Positions 1-12,494 of a stretch of DNA of 64,000 nucleotides are shown in pieces (positions within the stretch are counted from its first letter, which is position 1; each line of letters opens with the position of its first letter). The translations under genes and the position numbers were made by a program. Source of the DNA: Vitrella brassicaformis CCMP3155 (lineage: Eukaryota; Protista; Chromerida); assembly GCA_001179505.1 (NCBI GenBank), contig CDMY01000314.1, forward strand, positions 1 to 64,000. Reading direction: 5' to 3'. The notes under the pieces were generated by a model. That model saw only the letters and a program-made list of their open reading frames with translations, was not told the DNA's origin and made no database searches.

Positions 1-2798
1 TGGCACACGACATTCGTCAGTGAGCTCAGCAAAGGCCAGCAGCTCATGCAGAAGGAACTCGGGGCCGCCACTACTAGGGGCCCCACAGACACCAACAGGT
101 GAGCCGGAGCGAGGTAAAAAAGGCGCCAGGTCGAGCGTCGTGCATTGTTTGCTGTCTTGCAGCGCGTCGGCCTTGCCGGCACCACTAGCACCTGCAGATG
201 AGAAGCGGCTGAAGGAGGACATGCTGGCCGCCACTGCAGCGCTGTGCCGCCACCCGTCGTCACGCCTCTTCCGGTGGCCCTACCCCCACCCGGAGTACAC
301 CCGTATGTCTCGAGAGGGTCGGGCTCTGTCGATCAGTGACCTGGAAATGATGGTACCTCTGTACGTCAAGAAGGTGAGCGGAGGGACTACACACGAATGT
401 TCAGCTATGTGTGTCGGTGTTGTTGCAATCGGTGCGTATCGTATCAGGGCTCAGCCATGGGATGGCTTCGTTGGTACGACTACATCGCGACGATCGCCCA
501 CAATGCGATCGATTTCACCAAGGCGGGCTCGGTATGTGCGCAGTGATCACCAAGCAACCGAACAAGCAGCCAGCCGTTCCACTCTGTTGTCCTCTCTCTA
601 CCAATGTGCAGGAGGTTGAGCAGGCTGCCAAAGCGCTGCTTTCTGTGGCCGCCCGCCTCGTCCGCCCCCACGACACACTCGTCGAGCTGTCGATCCGGAA
701 GGCGATCGGTTCACAGGCTGACGCGACCATCTACGACACGGGCTGTGCAGACGAGGATGTGCTCGACGGTCGCAGCGAGCTGACGTGTGTCGAGCTGGCC
801 GACGTATGGGACTCCTGCAGAAAAGAGCAGTATTTGCCCTGGGCCGAGGCATTTGAGGCCGAGATGGGCGGGGCGGCGCCACTGGCAGCCACCGACTCAG
901 CCAGGTGAGATCCATCCATCCATCAAGTAGCCCATTCACTCACAGACAAACACACACGAGGTGCGTCTGCATGGTCCTGTCTGCAGGGTGGGTCGCTCGC
1001 CGAGCCCCACGGGTGAGTCCTACCGCTCCGCCACGTCATCATCGCCCACACGAGTGCGGCCGGACCGATCGGCGAGCACCGGAGGCCCCAATGACACGGG
1101 CATGGAAGCAGCGGACAAGTGTGCCACACTGGACATCAACATCTTGGAGGCGTCGGACGGCAAGCTCGAGGCGGCATTGGACGCACACAGGGTGGAGAAG
1201 AATGAGCTCGACAGGACCATCAAACGTCTCCAAGACGATGTCAAAAAGTGACCAGAGAGGGAGAGAGGGAGGGAAGGAGTTGATTGGCTGCAATACACCC
1301 ACACGTGTTTATGTGGATGTGTGCGTCGGTGTGTAGGTTGACCGGTGAGTTGGATGCGTCGCGGGAGATGGCTGAGAAGGAGAGGAAGGCGGCCGACGCG
1401 CAGCGCAGTACTCTCGAGGACATCCTCAAAGACAAAGACAAACAAATCAAACAGGCGCAAAAGACGTAAGCACACCAGCACACACATGGAGACGCCCATC
1501 CACTATCCTCTCTGTCCCTCCCTCCCCCTCCCCATCTGGTGTGTGCAGTGCCGACGATCGTGTGCGTCGAGTGAGCCAGCAGGTGCGTGAGGAGGCCGAC
1601 AAGGTTGCCAAGACACACATGGTCACCGTCACCAAGCAGCACAAAGAGGAGCTGGACCGACTGCGTGGCGAGCACCGGTCGGCCTTTTTGGAACTGAGGG
1701 CGCAGCACCGGACGGCCATGGAGCAGCAGACAGAGATGCGTGTGGCGGCCGAGAGGGCCCTGGCCGACGGGACGCGCGAGAGGGACCAGCTGAGGCAGCG
1801 GCTGAGGGAAGAACGACTCAGGTCAGCCAGCCAGCCAAGCAGACAGAGAGAAGGAGGCCATCATCCGACAGATGCAGCTGGTCCGATGACATGTGTGTGT
1901 TGATGTGTGTGTGCAGGTCAGCGCGTGTAGATCAGGAGAGAGACGGCGAGTTGCGTCGGCTGCGCGAGGCGGAGGCGCCGCTGAGACGCGAGATACTCAC
2001 CCTCAAACAACAGCTGTCATCGGCACAACCACCACACAGGTCACCAGACACACACACCCCAACAGCAGCCGTGGACATGTCGTCTCGCCCTCACTGTGTG
2101 TGGTGCAGTCGTGTCAGTGCTGAAGGTGTGTCGTCTCTCGATTTGCCGTCGGTGCGTCGTTTGCTGGATGGCTTGACGTCTGAGCAGCACCGGCTGGCTC
2201 AGCTGCACCAGGCCGCCATCGAGCGACAGATCCAGCTACTACAGCACCGCCAGCAGCCCAACCAGACACCATCATCGGCGTCTTCGTCGGCTGCACCCTC
2301 CGCGCCCTCAATGCCCTTCTCCCTCACCATGGACGGCAGCAATGATCCGGAAGCATCATCAGCAGCACCAGCAGCCAACGGCAGCAGCAGCAGCAGCTCG
2401 GCGCACGCAAAGGGTCCGTGTGCCGCTGCAGCAGCTGCCAGTAGTTGTGATGGTGGTGGTGGTGTTGGGCCGGGAGAGAGCAAGTGCCAGCTGTGTCTCG
2501 AGAACCCGCCAGACATCATCCTGCTGCCCTGCGGACACCGAGTGAGTCCGAAGGCTTACACGGCTGCATGGGACAGAGAGAAAGAGCAATACGTTTCTGT
2601 GTGTCGTCTGTGTGTGTCTGTCAGGTAGTGTGTCAGGAGTGTTTTGAGAAGTGGATGGCCCCCATGCCGACCGAAGACAAACTCTGCCCCGAACACACGT
2701 AATCAACACAGACCAGATGAGCCAGCCAAGTGTATGTGTGTTGTGTGTTCTGTAGGTGTCGGCAGCGGTATTCCGAGGTCAGATACGTTTTCGCGTGA
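1..2798 (+). CDS. Multi-exon coiled-coil protein with C-terminal RING finger (probable E3 ligase); 5' end outside window
   Basis: About 10 exons bounded by GT..AG. Coiled-coil exons at 987-1820. Spliced C-terminus KCQLCLENPPDIILLPCGHR|VVCQECFEKWMAPMPTEDKLCPEHT|CRQRYSEVRYVFA* (TGA 2796-2798) fits a C3HC4 RING. That all upstream exons belong to one gene is inferred. Confidence 0.75.
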
Positions 2799-3727
2799 CT
2801 GACAGGCGGAAGGATGGATGGATGGGTGTGGCGGTGGTACGGCGACCTCGCCTTAGTTGATCAGTGCAAGGGAGGGAGGGAGGCAGTTTGTGCAGGATCG
2901 ATCGATCGATCCAGAGCCTTCCTTCATAATTCGTCCTGCCGCGGTGTGCATATATACACACGTACACACACACGTGTATATGCCTAGCATAGTGAACACG
3001 GATGCATGCAGTCTGATCGATGGACGACCATTGATTGATCGATGCGTCTCTCATTCTGGTCATTCATCAATGCATGATCGATCAGCGGCCGACGGAAACA
3101 CGGGAGGGACATGTAGCCAATCCATCCATTCATCCATGTAGCCAACTGACCCCCGCCCACTCTCCCGCCGCCATGGCCCTCCGTCATTAATGCATTCACG
3201 GCCGATCAAAACGCAACGTGTACCGACCACATACTGATGGGCCTGTCTGTCTTCTGTCTGTCTGTCTGTCTGTCTCTCTCCCACCACGCCATGCGTCCCC
3301 GATTGATTGGAAAAAGTAAGCCATCCGCTGGCTCTGGACATCACGTACGAGCCAGGCAGGCAGGCAAAGCTGAGCCATTCATTACATGTAGGAAGACAGC
3401 CAGCTAGAGAGCTAGCGCTAGACAGGCAGGCAGACATTCACACACCACACCCGCGTACACGCAACCATGCATATGCGTCGGTTTGTGTGTCGGTTGCACA
3501 CATCGCATGCACCGCATCCAGTACACGATTGCTGTCAGTATATATATACTGGGTAAGGGCAACCAGTCAGTCAGTCAGTGCAACACGCGCCCTGCGCCCA
3601 CTTCTCACTCAAAGACCAATAACAACGACAGGCAAGCCATCCAACGAAAAGGAGGCAGTGCCGCACCGATACGCATGGACAGCTGAGCCCAGCCGTCTCG
3701 TGGGGGCCTGCCTTGATTCAGAACTGA

Positions 3728-4811
3728 CTACACTTGAGTCTCCGTCTGTTGCTGCGGGCGCACCGGCACGTACGCCATCCCACCGTCGTAGGTAGCCAGC
3801 TGTGTCATGACCGGGACTGGCGGGCCGATGTCGTTCTTGAACCCACGGGCCCTCAACACATGTCTGAACACAGTAACACAGCGGAAGACCTACGGACGAC
3901 CTGTGCTTTGTGTCTGCCTTTTGCTGGCTTGCCTGTACTCCTGGCAGATGGTGCAGGGCCAACACCAGAACACGAGACAGCAGTCGCCAATGCCGTCGAC
4001 CGCCTTGATGTCGTATCGCCTGCATGACGGACGGACGGACCAACGAAATCACACACACATACAAACCCGCCCCGCCGATGGGTCTGCTATCTGTGACTAA
4101 CCTGCGGAGCTTGGTGCGGTAGATAAGACTGAGAACAAACCACACAACGACGATTGCCCTCATGGGCCAGAGCCACACGGGGTTGTACTCCGCCTGATAT
4201 ACGTAGCCGGAGAAGCGTCCGTCCGGGCTGTGCCAGGTGTGGGTGGACGAGCTGATGGGGTGTGTGGTCATCCAGATGTAGAAGCAAATGTAGGCCAGAC
4301 TGAGGCCGCCGAACACCAACGCAGCCACGCGAAACGACAGGATCTTCACCTGCGTCAATGGCCACGCCTGTGAGTGAACAGCCAGCCACCAGACGGAGAG
4401 AGGGGAATGAGAAAGCAGTCTTCGGCACCTCTGTTTCGCACTCAGCTCACCTTGAACCAGCACAAGATGGGCCACAAACAGAGGGTTCCAACGGTCCCCA
4501 GGAGGCAGCTGGGCAAGTCGGAGAAACAGCCGAACACGTCGTCACTCCAGCGACCTGGACGCCACACACACAAAACCGCACATGGTGGGCAGTGTCATCT
4601 CCGCGTTCTGCGTAGGCTGCGGCGGTGCGCCGCGGTGTTCACCTCGCCACATGTTCTCTGCCCCCTGCTCCTCTGTTGGTGGTCCCGCTGCTACCACAGG
4701 CATCGGCAGCGGTGCTGGCGGTCCAGCCGCTACCACAGGCATCAGCAGCTGTTGCGTCGAATCTGCTGGTGCAGCCATACCGTCCTCAGCAGCTGTTCTG
4801 CCGTGTGACAT
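3728..4811 (-). CDS. PLAC8 (DUF614) family Cys-rich membrane protein, 5 exons
   Basis: Spliced peptide contains RWSDDVFGCFSDLPSCLLG..LCLWPILCWFK, hydrophobic segments, and YRTKLR|RYDIKAVDGIGDCCLVFWCWPCTICQEYR|HVLRARG, the PLAC8 signature. ATG at 4811, TAG at 3728-3730. Confidence 0.85.
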
Positions 4812-5232
4812 AGAGGGGACAGATCGACAACTTGAGAGATCCGAGGAGAGGAGGGGATGCTGCGAGCTGAATGGAACCCCCGCGAACGCGGGTCGACGAA
4901 CGGGTACGAGGGGGTAGGGGTTGCCTCGTAACGGAAGGCGATCGGAAAGGGACACCTTACAAAACTGCCAGGATCGAAAAGGTCCACACTAACTTTTAGT
5001 TAGCTCGCATAGCTCGCACAGCTCGAGAGCACTTCTTAAAAGGCAGATGACCACCATCGTGTGAGGCGATTTGGCGGCCATTCCTGAAGACCTGGGGAAG
5101 CCGAATGAAGAGGTGCTTGCTCCGTGAATTACGATGCTGGCCGAGAAACTAAGAATCGGCTGCACTTGTATACGTGACTGAAGAGAGGGCGTAGACAGGA
5201 AAGGGAGGTGGCAATGTGGACGACGCAGTGTC

Positions 5233-5262
5233 GCCCCCTCCCCCTTGAATGGGGGAGGGGGC
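5233..5262. other. Perfect 12-bp GC hairpin (GCCCCCTCCCCC-ttgaat-GGGGGAGGGGGC), candidate transposon terminal stem-loop
   Basis: Perfect inverted repeat read directly. Function is inferred. Confidence 0.5.
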
Positions 5263-5330
5263 TGCAAAAGGTCAGCTTCTATGAGCCAATGGTCAGAAGC
5301 AGAAGAGAGCGCGTCGACCACGGATGGATT

Positions 5331-5640
5331 GAAGGTGATGATGGCTGTCGTGTAGGATTCCGGCACACAGATCTAGTCGTCTGAGCGCTCCTGCGTCTGC
5401 CTGCAGGTGTGTTGATGTTTCGTTGAGCCGCATTGCCGCCCTCTCTGTTGCCAGGTGAAGTGATGGCCGTCACGCAGGATTCTGGCACGCAGATCTACTC
5501 GTCTGAGTGCTCCTGTGTCTGTCTGGCAGGTGTGTTGATGTTTCGTTGACGCATTGTCGCCCTCTCTGTTGCCAGGTGAGGTTATGGCCGTCACGGAGGA
5601 TTCTGGCACGCAGATCTATTCGTCTGAGTGCTTTGTATGA
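5331..5640. repeat. Tandem repeat, ~121-bp unit, ~2.5 copies
   Basis: GGATTCYGGCACRCAGATCTA recurs at ~5356, 5478 and 5599. Confidence 0.9.
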
Positions 5641-5957
5641 CCGTTACCGTCTATCACAGGGGGTTGAGAAGGGAGCAAACGGCACAAGCAGGCTTACAGG
5701 TTGACGCTGCTGATCCTTACACTGCTTATCTCCAAGACATCAGACGAGGCAAGCACGTTTATCGGAACACATTGGAAAACATCCGGGCCACTTCTCGTGG
5801 TAAACTTACTTTCGGCGGGCGGGGCGTCCACAATGGAGGGTTAAAAAAGGACCAGGCAGCACAGGCGTGCTGAAAGTTTCACGCTGCTCGTCTTTACGAA
5901 ATCAGCACGCAAGCGCACCCATCGGAAAACATGTGGGAGCATGCGCATGCCTCTCAC
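5641..5957. repeat. ~320-bp direct repeat, copy 1 (copy 2 at 7010-7329)
   Basis: CCGTTACCGTC...GCATGCCTCTCAC is nearly identical at both positions. Confidence 0.95.
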
Positions 5958-6197
5958 ACTTCTAGCAAGCTGGTTTCCCAAATTGCTCCCACAAGATGAG
6001 GCACAAACACCGGTGTGCTTTCAGAAGACTGTGAAAGATAGACATACGAAGTTTCGCACGAAAATTCGGCCGTTTTTCCTTGCAAACCCGTCCCTTCCAA
6101 CAGCCGTTCGGGGCTTCTCTGGCGAGCTGCTCTCGTCAAATTGGTCCTACAGGATGGGCCACAAACATGCGTGTGCTCTCAAGAGACTGTGACAGAC

Positions 6198-6351
6198 GCA
6201 CATATCAAGTACATTCACGACGCGTCTTCTTCGGGCGCATGTTCCATGTCAGTGGCGTCCCACTAGTGGACATGGCGTCTATGGCATGGCAGTTGACGGA
6301 GCAGGTGAAAGTGGCGTGGGCGGAGCGTTGCAAGCGGCTGGCGGAGACGCT
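6198..6351 (+). repeat. Inverted copy of a Helitron A coding segment (matches 9773-9922 minus)
   Basis: Peptide VFFGRMFHVSGVPLVDMASMAWQLTEQVKVAWAERCKRLAETL versus VFFGRMFHVGGVPLVDMASMAWELTEQVKAA*AERRKRLAETL in A. Confidence 0.92.
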
Positions 6352-6375
6352 CGCTTAAAAGCGGTCGAACTTGCA

Positions 6376-6428
6376 ATGCTAGGTCTGTGAAAGATTTCAC
6401 AGAGGGCCGCTGTCAGCGATAGAGGCGG
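6376..6428 (-). mobile_element. Second copy of the Helitron B 3'-terminal motif (subterminal repeat plus stem-loop)
   Basis: ATGCTAGGTCTGTGAAAGATTTCACAGAGGGCCGCTGTCAGCGATAGAGGCG differs from 12083-12134 at 2 positions. It contains the same 9-bp stem TCTGTGAAA/TTTCACAGA (6384-6403). Confidence 0.8.
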
Positions 6429-6429
6429 T

Positions 6430-7010
6430 TTTGTCCTAATTTTCCAAGGTGCTAGTGTGAAGATACAATGGATTCGTTCGCGTTGCCCCGACAAACGGTC
6501 TTGTGTCTCTGAAAAGCAGCGCAATTCGCCGGCATCATACAGGTCGCCGGGAACCCATGCGGTGACCTCGTGTGACGGTGATGGTAGTCAACAGCCTGTC
6601 CTAATTTTCCAAGGTGTTACTGTGAGGCTACAATCGATTGGTTCGCGTTGCCCCGACAAACGGTCTTGTGTCTCCGAAAATCCACGTAGTTCGCCAGCGT
6701 CACTTCGCAGGCCGCCGGAGACTTATCTAGCGGCCTCGTGTGACGGTGATGGTAGTCAGCAGCCTGTCCTAATTTTCCAAGGTGCTCGCGTGAAGATACA
6801 ATCGATTGGTTCGCGTTGCCCCGAGAAACGATTTTGTGTCTCCGAAAATCCACGTAATTCGCCGGCGTCACTTCGCAGGCCGTTGGAGACTTATCTAGCG
6901 GCCTCGTGTGACGGTGATGGTAGTTAGCAGCCTGTCCTAATTTTCCAAGGTGCTCGCGTGAAGATACAATCGATTGGTTCGCGTTGCCCCGACAAACGGT
7001 CTTGTGCCTC
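6430..7010. repeat. Satellite array, 165-168-bp unit, ~3.5 copies, inverted relative to the array in Helitron B
   Basis: GTGAAGATACAAT-like anchor at ~6457, 6622, 6790 and 6958. The unit matches the reverse complement of 21790-21905. Confidence 0.92.
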
Positions 7011-7329
7011 CGTTACCGTCTATTACAGGGAGTTGAGAATAGAGCAAACAGCACAAGCAGGCTTACAGGTGGACGCTGCTGAGCTGATCCTTACACTGCT
7101 TATCTCCAAGACATCACGAGACAAGCACGTTTATCGGAACACATTGGAAAACATCCGGGCCGCTTCTCGTGGTAAACTTACTTTCGGCGGGCGGGGCGTC
7201 CACAATGGAGGGTGAAAAAAGGATCAGGCAGCACAGGCGTGCTGAAAGTTTCACGCTGCTCGTCTTTACGAAATCAGCACGCAAGCGTTGCCATCGGAAA
7301 ACATGTGGGAGCATGCGCATGCCTCTCAC
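7010..7329. repeat. ~320-bp direct repeat, copy 2
   Basis: Near-identical to 5641-5957. Confidence 0.95.
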
Positions 7330-7699
7330 TGAAAAATTTTGTATTGATCAAGGCCCTTACACTGTCGCTGCAAAGGGAGTGAAGCCAAAACTACCGTGAG
7401 CTGATTGTTGTCAAGTGAACTTGGCGTGTGATTGATAGACACATGGAGAGAAACAGACAAGCGCCAGATAAAAATGTGCTCTAGCATATCTCACGTTCCA
7501 CTCATATCATATCTCATATTCCACTCACCCTTCAGACGGCGCCGCGTCCACTCGCTTCGGCTCAACACACTCTACGCCAGTCAAACTGTGACACCAATCC
7601 GAGTGCTCATCCTTAAACCTCCCGATGAGCTCGTTCATTCGCAGCAGTATCTCATCAATCCCGGACACCCCTCGCAAAGGGCGCACGCGAGCGATTTTC

Positions 7700-7935
7700 A
7701 CCCAGTCCCACCTGCGTTCGAAGGCCTCGAACACTCGCCTGACCCGCGGGTCCGTCCCTGCTCCACCGAAGTTGGCCACATACCCAATCAGATACCACGG
7801 CCGCAGATGGATTCGCTGGGTGAATGGAGGGCCTCGACCGCCGTTGTGCTCAGCCAGCCGGTCGCGGAGACGGGCTGTGGACCCAATGTAGAACTCCGAT
7901 GGGTCTCGTGTGCTGCCGAGAGCATACGCATAGCC
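7700..7935 (-). CDS. SLX1-like GIY-YIG endonuclease domain at the C-terminus of Helitron A RepHel
   Basis: VGYAYALGSTRDPSEFYIGSTARLRDRLAEHNGGRGPPFTQRIHLRPWYLIGYVANF matches the GIY..YIG..R.R..HN.G..T...RPW..V..F pattern. It shares an open frame with PIF1 motif VI (ORF 7525-8718). Confidence 0.88.
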
Positions 7936-8159
7936 GACGTTGTCATTGGGGATGTCTATGGTCTTGCGGATGAACGGATAGTGGCTGTAGTCCACTACCG
8001 GAACCCTCGCACTGGTGACCCCTGCTTGAGTCGATGTGCAGTCCAGCCGCCTGACCTTCTCAATGCAGTTCTCCAGCCAGGCCGACCGCTGGCGTATGAG
8101 CAGCTCGAGACACCGCCTCACCTCCTGTCGCGTGTTGCGAAAATAGATGCCGTTCAGCC

Positions 8160-9530
8160 GGCGGGTGCGTGACAGCAGCACCACCAGCATCGCCTTCTCC
8201 CATACATGGTACGCAGAGTCCGCCAGGTCGGCGGGGGACAAGATGCGGGTCCTCATAACATCGAAGGTGTCCCCGATGGCCTTGTGGATGGTCAGCGCGC
8301 TGTGGTGGACGAGATGAAACATGTTTCGGCGCCCCATGGTCATCCGGGAATCCAGAACGTGCGGAGACGTGTCGATGCGGGGCACGCGAATCAGCGGCCA
8401 CTGCTGAATCACGGCTGACGTCGCGGCCTGAAGCTGGCCGATGTCCACATCCAAAGGTGCCACCCGTACCGCAATGTATGGGCTCTGCGGATCCGCACAG
8501 TGAGACGCGTCGCCGACAAAGCACAGGCGCCCATTGGAGATGCCTCGGTCGTTGAGGTTGCTGCTGAACCGCATGCACGCGCCGTCCCACACCGTGAGCT
8601 GATCCGGCTCACTAAGCTTCTTCGAAATGCGCTGCACTAACCGTCGATTGCGCGTCGGCTGCCACCTATATAATACCACCATCACACCCACAAACCCACG
8701 GGTCAAGGACAGACACACCTAGCGGTATCCAGATCATTCAAACGCATACCTGCCCGGCATGTTGGACGTCTCATCCACAGCGTGCACGGTGTGCATGATG
8801 ACACTGGCCGACGTCTGCTGTACACGCCTGATGTACCGCTGGACGGCCGCCTTCTCCGCCTCCTGCTTGCCAAACACCATGGTCGCAGCGTCCGGGATAT
8901 CGTCCCAGGTGTCCACGAAGTTGCAATTTTGCTCGACGATCTGCCACGCCTGAGCAATATCGGCGGGCGAGCTCTGCGGCTTCTCCATGAGACACACGAG
9001 CTCGTGGTGGTCCCGGTTCAGATAGCGGATGCTCTCCTTGAAGAGGGCCACGCGGAACGACGTGATGAGGAGGGTGGACGACCAGAAGGTGTCCCTATTC
9101 AGCTGTACCAGCTGCGGAACCGCCCCACTAGCCATCACAACCGCACCACCGAACGGCACCTGGTTGTCCCGGATGACTCGCAAGACGATGTCCATGGCGG
9201 CGATAGTCTGAGCACTGAGCAGCCCCACTTCCTCAATGAAAAAGCAGTGGGTGACCTGAAGCAGCGCCCACCGACCAGGCGCTTGGCTGAGCGAACTCAC
9301 GGCAGCCTTGGCCTGGATGTGCGGCGGCTGCTTCTCGTGGCGCGGGTCAAGGTTGAACAGCTTGTGCACGTGGACGCTACCGAACTGCAGGGCCTTCTTG
9401 GACTGCAGTGCCGTGTACTCGATGTCGAAGCCCAGGCCTATCGCGTACAGCGCCAGCTGACAGAGCACGTGCGTCTTGCCGCTGCCGGCCATGCCTACTA
9501 GCAGCAGCCCCGGCACCCATGAAGTCAGCC
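8160..9530 (-). CDS. PIF1-family SF1B helicase domain of Helitron A
   Basis: Walker A GMAGSGKT, Walker B FFIEEVG, PFGGAVVMASG..QL, HSALTIHKAIGDT, LLSRT. One intron at ~8670-8750. Confidence 0.9.
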
Positions 9531-11239
9531 CGCTCCTGGCCGCATCCAGGATTTCACACCACATCTCGTACACCTCGGTCTGCTCATTAAACGACGCCAC
9601 CGTCTGGCCGACTGATGCAGCACGACGAATGCTCGGCTCCCAAGCAGGTGGCCCCATGCCCTGCGGCTGGGCCCTCGCCGATAAGGGTAGGTAGGGCTGT
9701 CTCAATGTCGACCTCTTCAGCTCCTCCACCAACGGGCCCCTCTGCGCAGCGGAGATATTTACGCATCCCACAAGCGTCTCCGCCAGCCGCTTGCGACGCT
9801 CCGCTCAGGCGGCCTTCACCTGCTCCGTCAACTCCCATGCCATAGACGCCATGTCCACCAGTGGGACGCCACCGACGTGGAACATGCGCCCGAAGAAGAC
9901 GTCATGAGTGTACTCATGTGCGCGCTCCAGGGTGGTGTCGAAACCCTTGGTCGTGTATGACCCATTAAAGAGGTCCCGCCTCGCCCAGAGGCGCAGCAGC
10001 CGGTCCGCATCTCTGGCCGTAGCTTCCGGATCCTCATCGGGGCGCTCGTTGAGCAACCCCGCACGCGAGAAGCTCTCAGCCAGCGACGACACCGTGAACA
10101 GGTCCATGTCACAGACGAACCGACCGAACCGGTACAGCAAATGGATGAAGAACTTGTGGGGGTTGTCCGGCTTGACGGCGGAGAACACGATGACCACCTC
10201 TTTGGCGTTGTGCCTCGTTCGCGACTCCACGAACCGCTGTACAAAGGCCTCTTCGTTCTTGTTGACCACCGCTTGCTGCAGACGCTCGAGGAGAGCGATC
10301 ATGGCACCGTGAGACGCGTACGCGCCGCTCGAGCCGCAGCGCTGTCGACAGGCCTCTACCGCCTCCATGAGGTACCGCTGGCAAAACTTGACGGTCTGCA
10401 AGCCGCCGTCGGTTAGAGGTGTGGCGGTCAAGTCCTCAGCGACGTCGTACCGGTTGCGTCGCGCAGTCGGGGGCCGCTGCGACAGGACCATCCACCTGCA
10501 CCACACCACGCGTACACAAAGACACACCCATCCATCATCCATTGATTCATGCATCCATAAGTCACACCGTCTATCCTGCTTCGTCCCTCACTCACTTGAA
10601 GTACTCCTCGATAGAATCGATCCAGTGGAGCTCGGGTGGGCGGATGCCGAATACGCTGACCTGGTCCAACGGCTTCCACGTCAGGAACAGGTCGTAGATA
10701 ACCCTGTGCTGACCCTCCGTGAACTGCCGCCAAAGTGCGTTGGGAAGGACGCGCTGCCTCGCCTCTACTGGCACCGGCTGCGTGCCCGAGCGGAAGCCCT
10801 GCGGGTTGCCCGGGCGAGGCTGTGCCGGCGCGTTCTGAACGCTGTCGACTGACAGCTCGAGATTCTTGGCCCTCCAGCCGCACCGCAGCTCCGGAGGCAG
10901 GGACGCGACATGGATGCAGTCGACCGAGGACGTCACATACGGAAAGTCGTACAGCTGCCACAGCATCTCGGAATAGGAGATCCGCAGCGCCTGCCGGTGA
11001 CGCGTGTCTCGAGGCCTTCCCTTCGTCTTGCTGTCGCTAGCAGCTGGTCCGGGTGTGCCGTCCTGCGGTCCCTGTGGTGGTTGGCTATCACCACCAGCAG
11101 CAGCTGCTGCTGCCGCGCCTCCCTGACCCTGCGCCTGGCGCGCACGCGCTTGCACCCCGCCGATCTTCGTGTTCTGGATGCCGTAGCTGTTGACGCGAAC
11201 GTCGGTGAGCGCGCCCCTGTCGGACTCACGGGCCACACT

Positions 11240-12054
11240 CAGGCTGGCCGTCGCCTTCTCCTCAGCACCCGCCACATACCTGCAAACATTCAAACAACGC
11301 AAACAACAAGCAAGAACTTCATGAACGCCATCACAGAAACATGCAGAATATGATATGATATGCATCGTCAACCTCGCGGCCTTACTTTTCGAGGTAGGCC
11401 TTCACCGACTGGTAGTCGACGATCTGGACGTTCACCGAGCAGCACAAGAGAAAGGCCATGTCGGGAATGAACTGGGACATCATCTCGTCGCCCTTCACAC
11501 ACGGAGGGTAGTGGCGGCCGCCCTCCAGCTCGACCACCGGGCGCAGCAGCGGATAATCCTCGCCGTCTGGCGTCGGACTCCTGCCGTCCAGCCCGGCCAC
11601 ATATGCGATGCGGTCCTCCGACTCCTCGGTCAGCCCCAACTTCTCGAGGATCCGCAAGACCTTGGCTGAGTGGTTCGACTGCGCCCGCTCGTAGATGTGG
11701 GTGTCCGTCACTCGATTGGGAGTCCGCCGACAGATCTTTCTGATGTTGCCCTCCCCGTCTGTCACCTCCTTCATACAGCGGCCGCCCGACTTGCTGCAGT
11801 CGTGCCGCAAGTGCTCGTTCAAAAAGTCCTCCCTGTCGAGAAAGTCCGCCTTGTCCTTGACAATCTTGAGGTCCTCCGTGAAGCGCTCGAGCGGATACCG
11901 CTGTTTCTGCCCCACCTCAGTCGACCGCCGTGCGCCCACAAAGTCGGTCGACGCCACCACGCGGTCCGTCACTTGGCGAGAGAGCCGCTCCTCTAACGTG
12001 CCCAGCAGGCCGTGCAGATGCGGGAACTGCCCGACCTCAGTCTGGAACTCTCTT
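11240..12054 (-). CDS. Helitron A Rep, C-terminal half (HUH motif and catalytic Tyr motif)
   Basis: RREFQTEVGQFPHLHGLL; HDCSKSGGRC; AYLEK|YVAG across intron 11280-11385. Confidence 0.88.
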
Positions 12055-12184
12055 CTGCAGCGCATCAGACCCACACAAAGACATGCTAGATCTGTGAAAG
12101 ATTTCACAGAGGGCCGCTGCCAGCGATAGAGGCGCTTGCTGTACGGTGTGTCAACAGACAATACGCTGTCTAATGTCATCACCA

Positions 12185-12350
12185 TCTCGCGAGGCCCCTG
12201 TATGGGCTGTAGTTGACTGTGAAATCGACAACGATAACTGTAAATTACCAAGAGACGCTTGTTTGACCGGGCAACGCGTACCACTTAAATATGTGCCCAC
12301 ATCGAAGTGCACACATAATAAGGACACGCTGTTTCATATTCTCGCGAGGC
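12185..12350. repeat. Single unit of the Helitron B satellite near its 3' end
   Basis: ACATCGAAGTGCACACATAATAAGGACACGCTGTTT is shared with 21290-21780 in the same orientation. Confidence 0.85.
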
Positions 12351-12494
12351 AGCGAATGGCAGCTACCCGTAGAACTGACCGTCATAGCTAATTGTGCATG
12401 CATTGAAGCTTTGGCGGACAACTATTGATGACTGTATCTCTCATTATGCATGCGCGAGAGGGTCTACGATGGTTCCGTCTCTGGTTTCGATACC

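Noticed and set aside
2800-3700. Several 60-160-aa ORFs between the RING and PLAC8 genes
   Set aside because: Microsatellite-rich 3' UTR or intergenic sequence with no splice or domain support.
12083-12110. Canonical Helitron (HLE1) 3' end, hairpin plus CTAG
   Set aside because: Similarity between the two terminal copies continues past CTAG, no TC start or A/T target is evident, and the subterminal inverted repeats fit HLE2/Helentron better.
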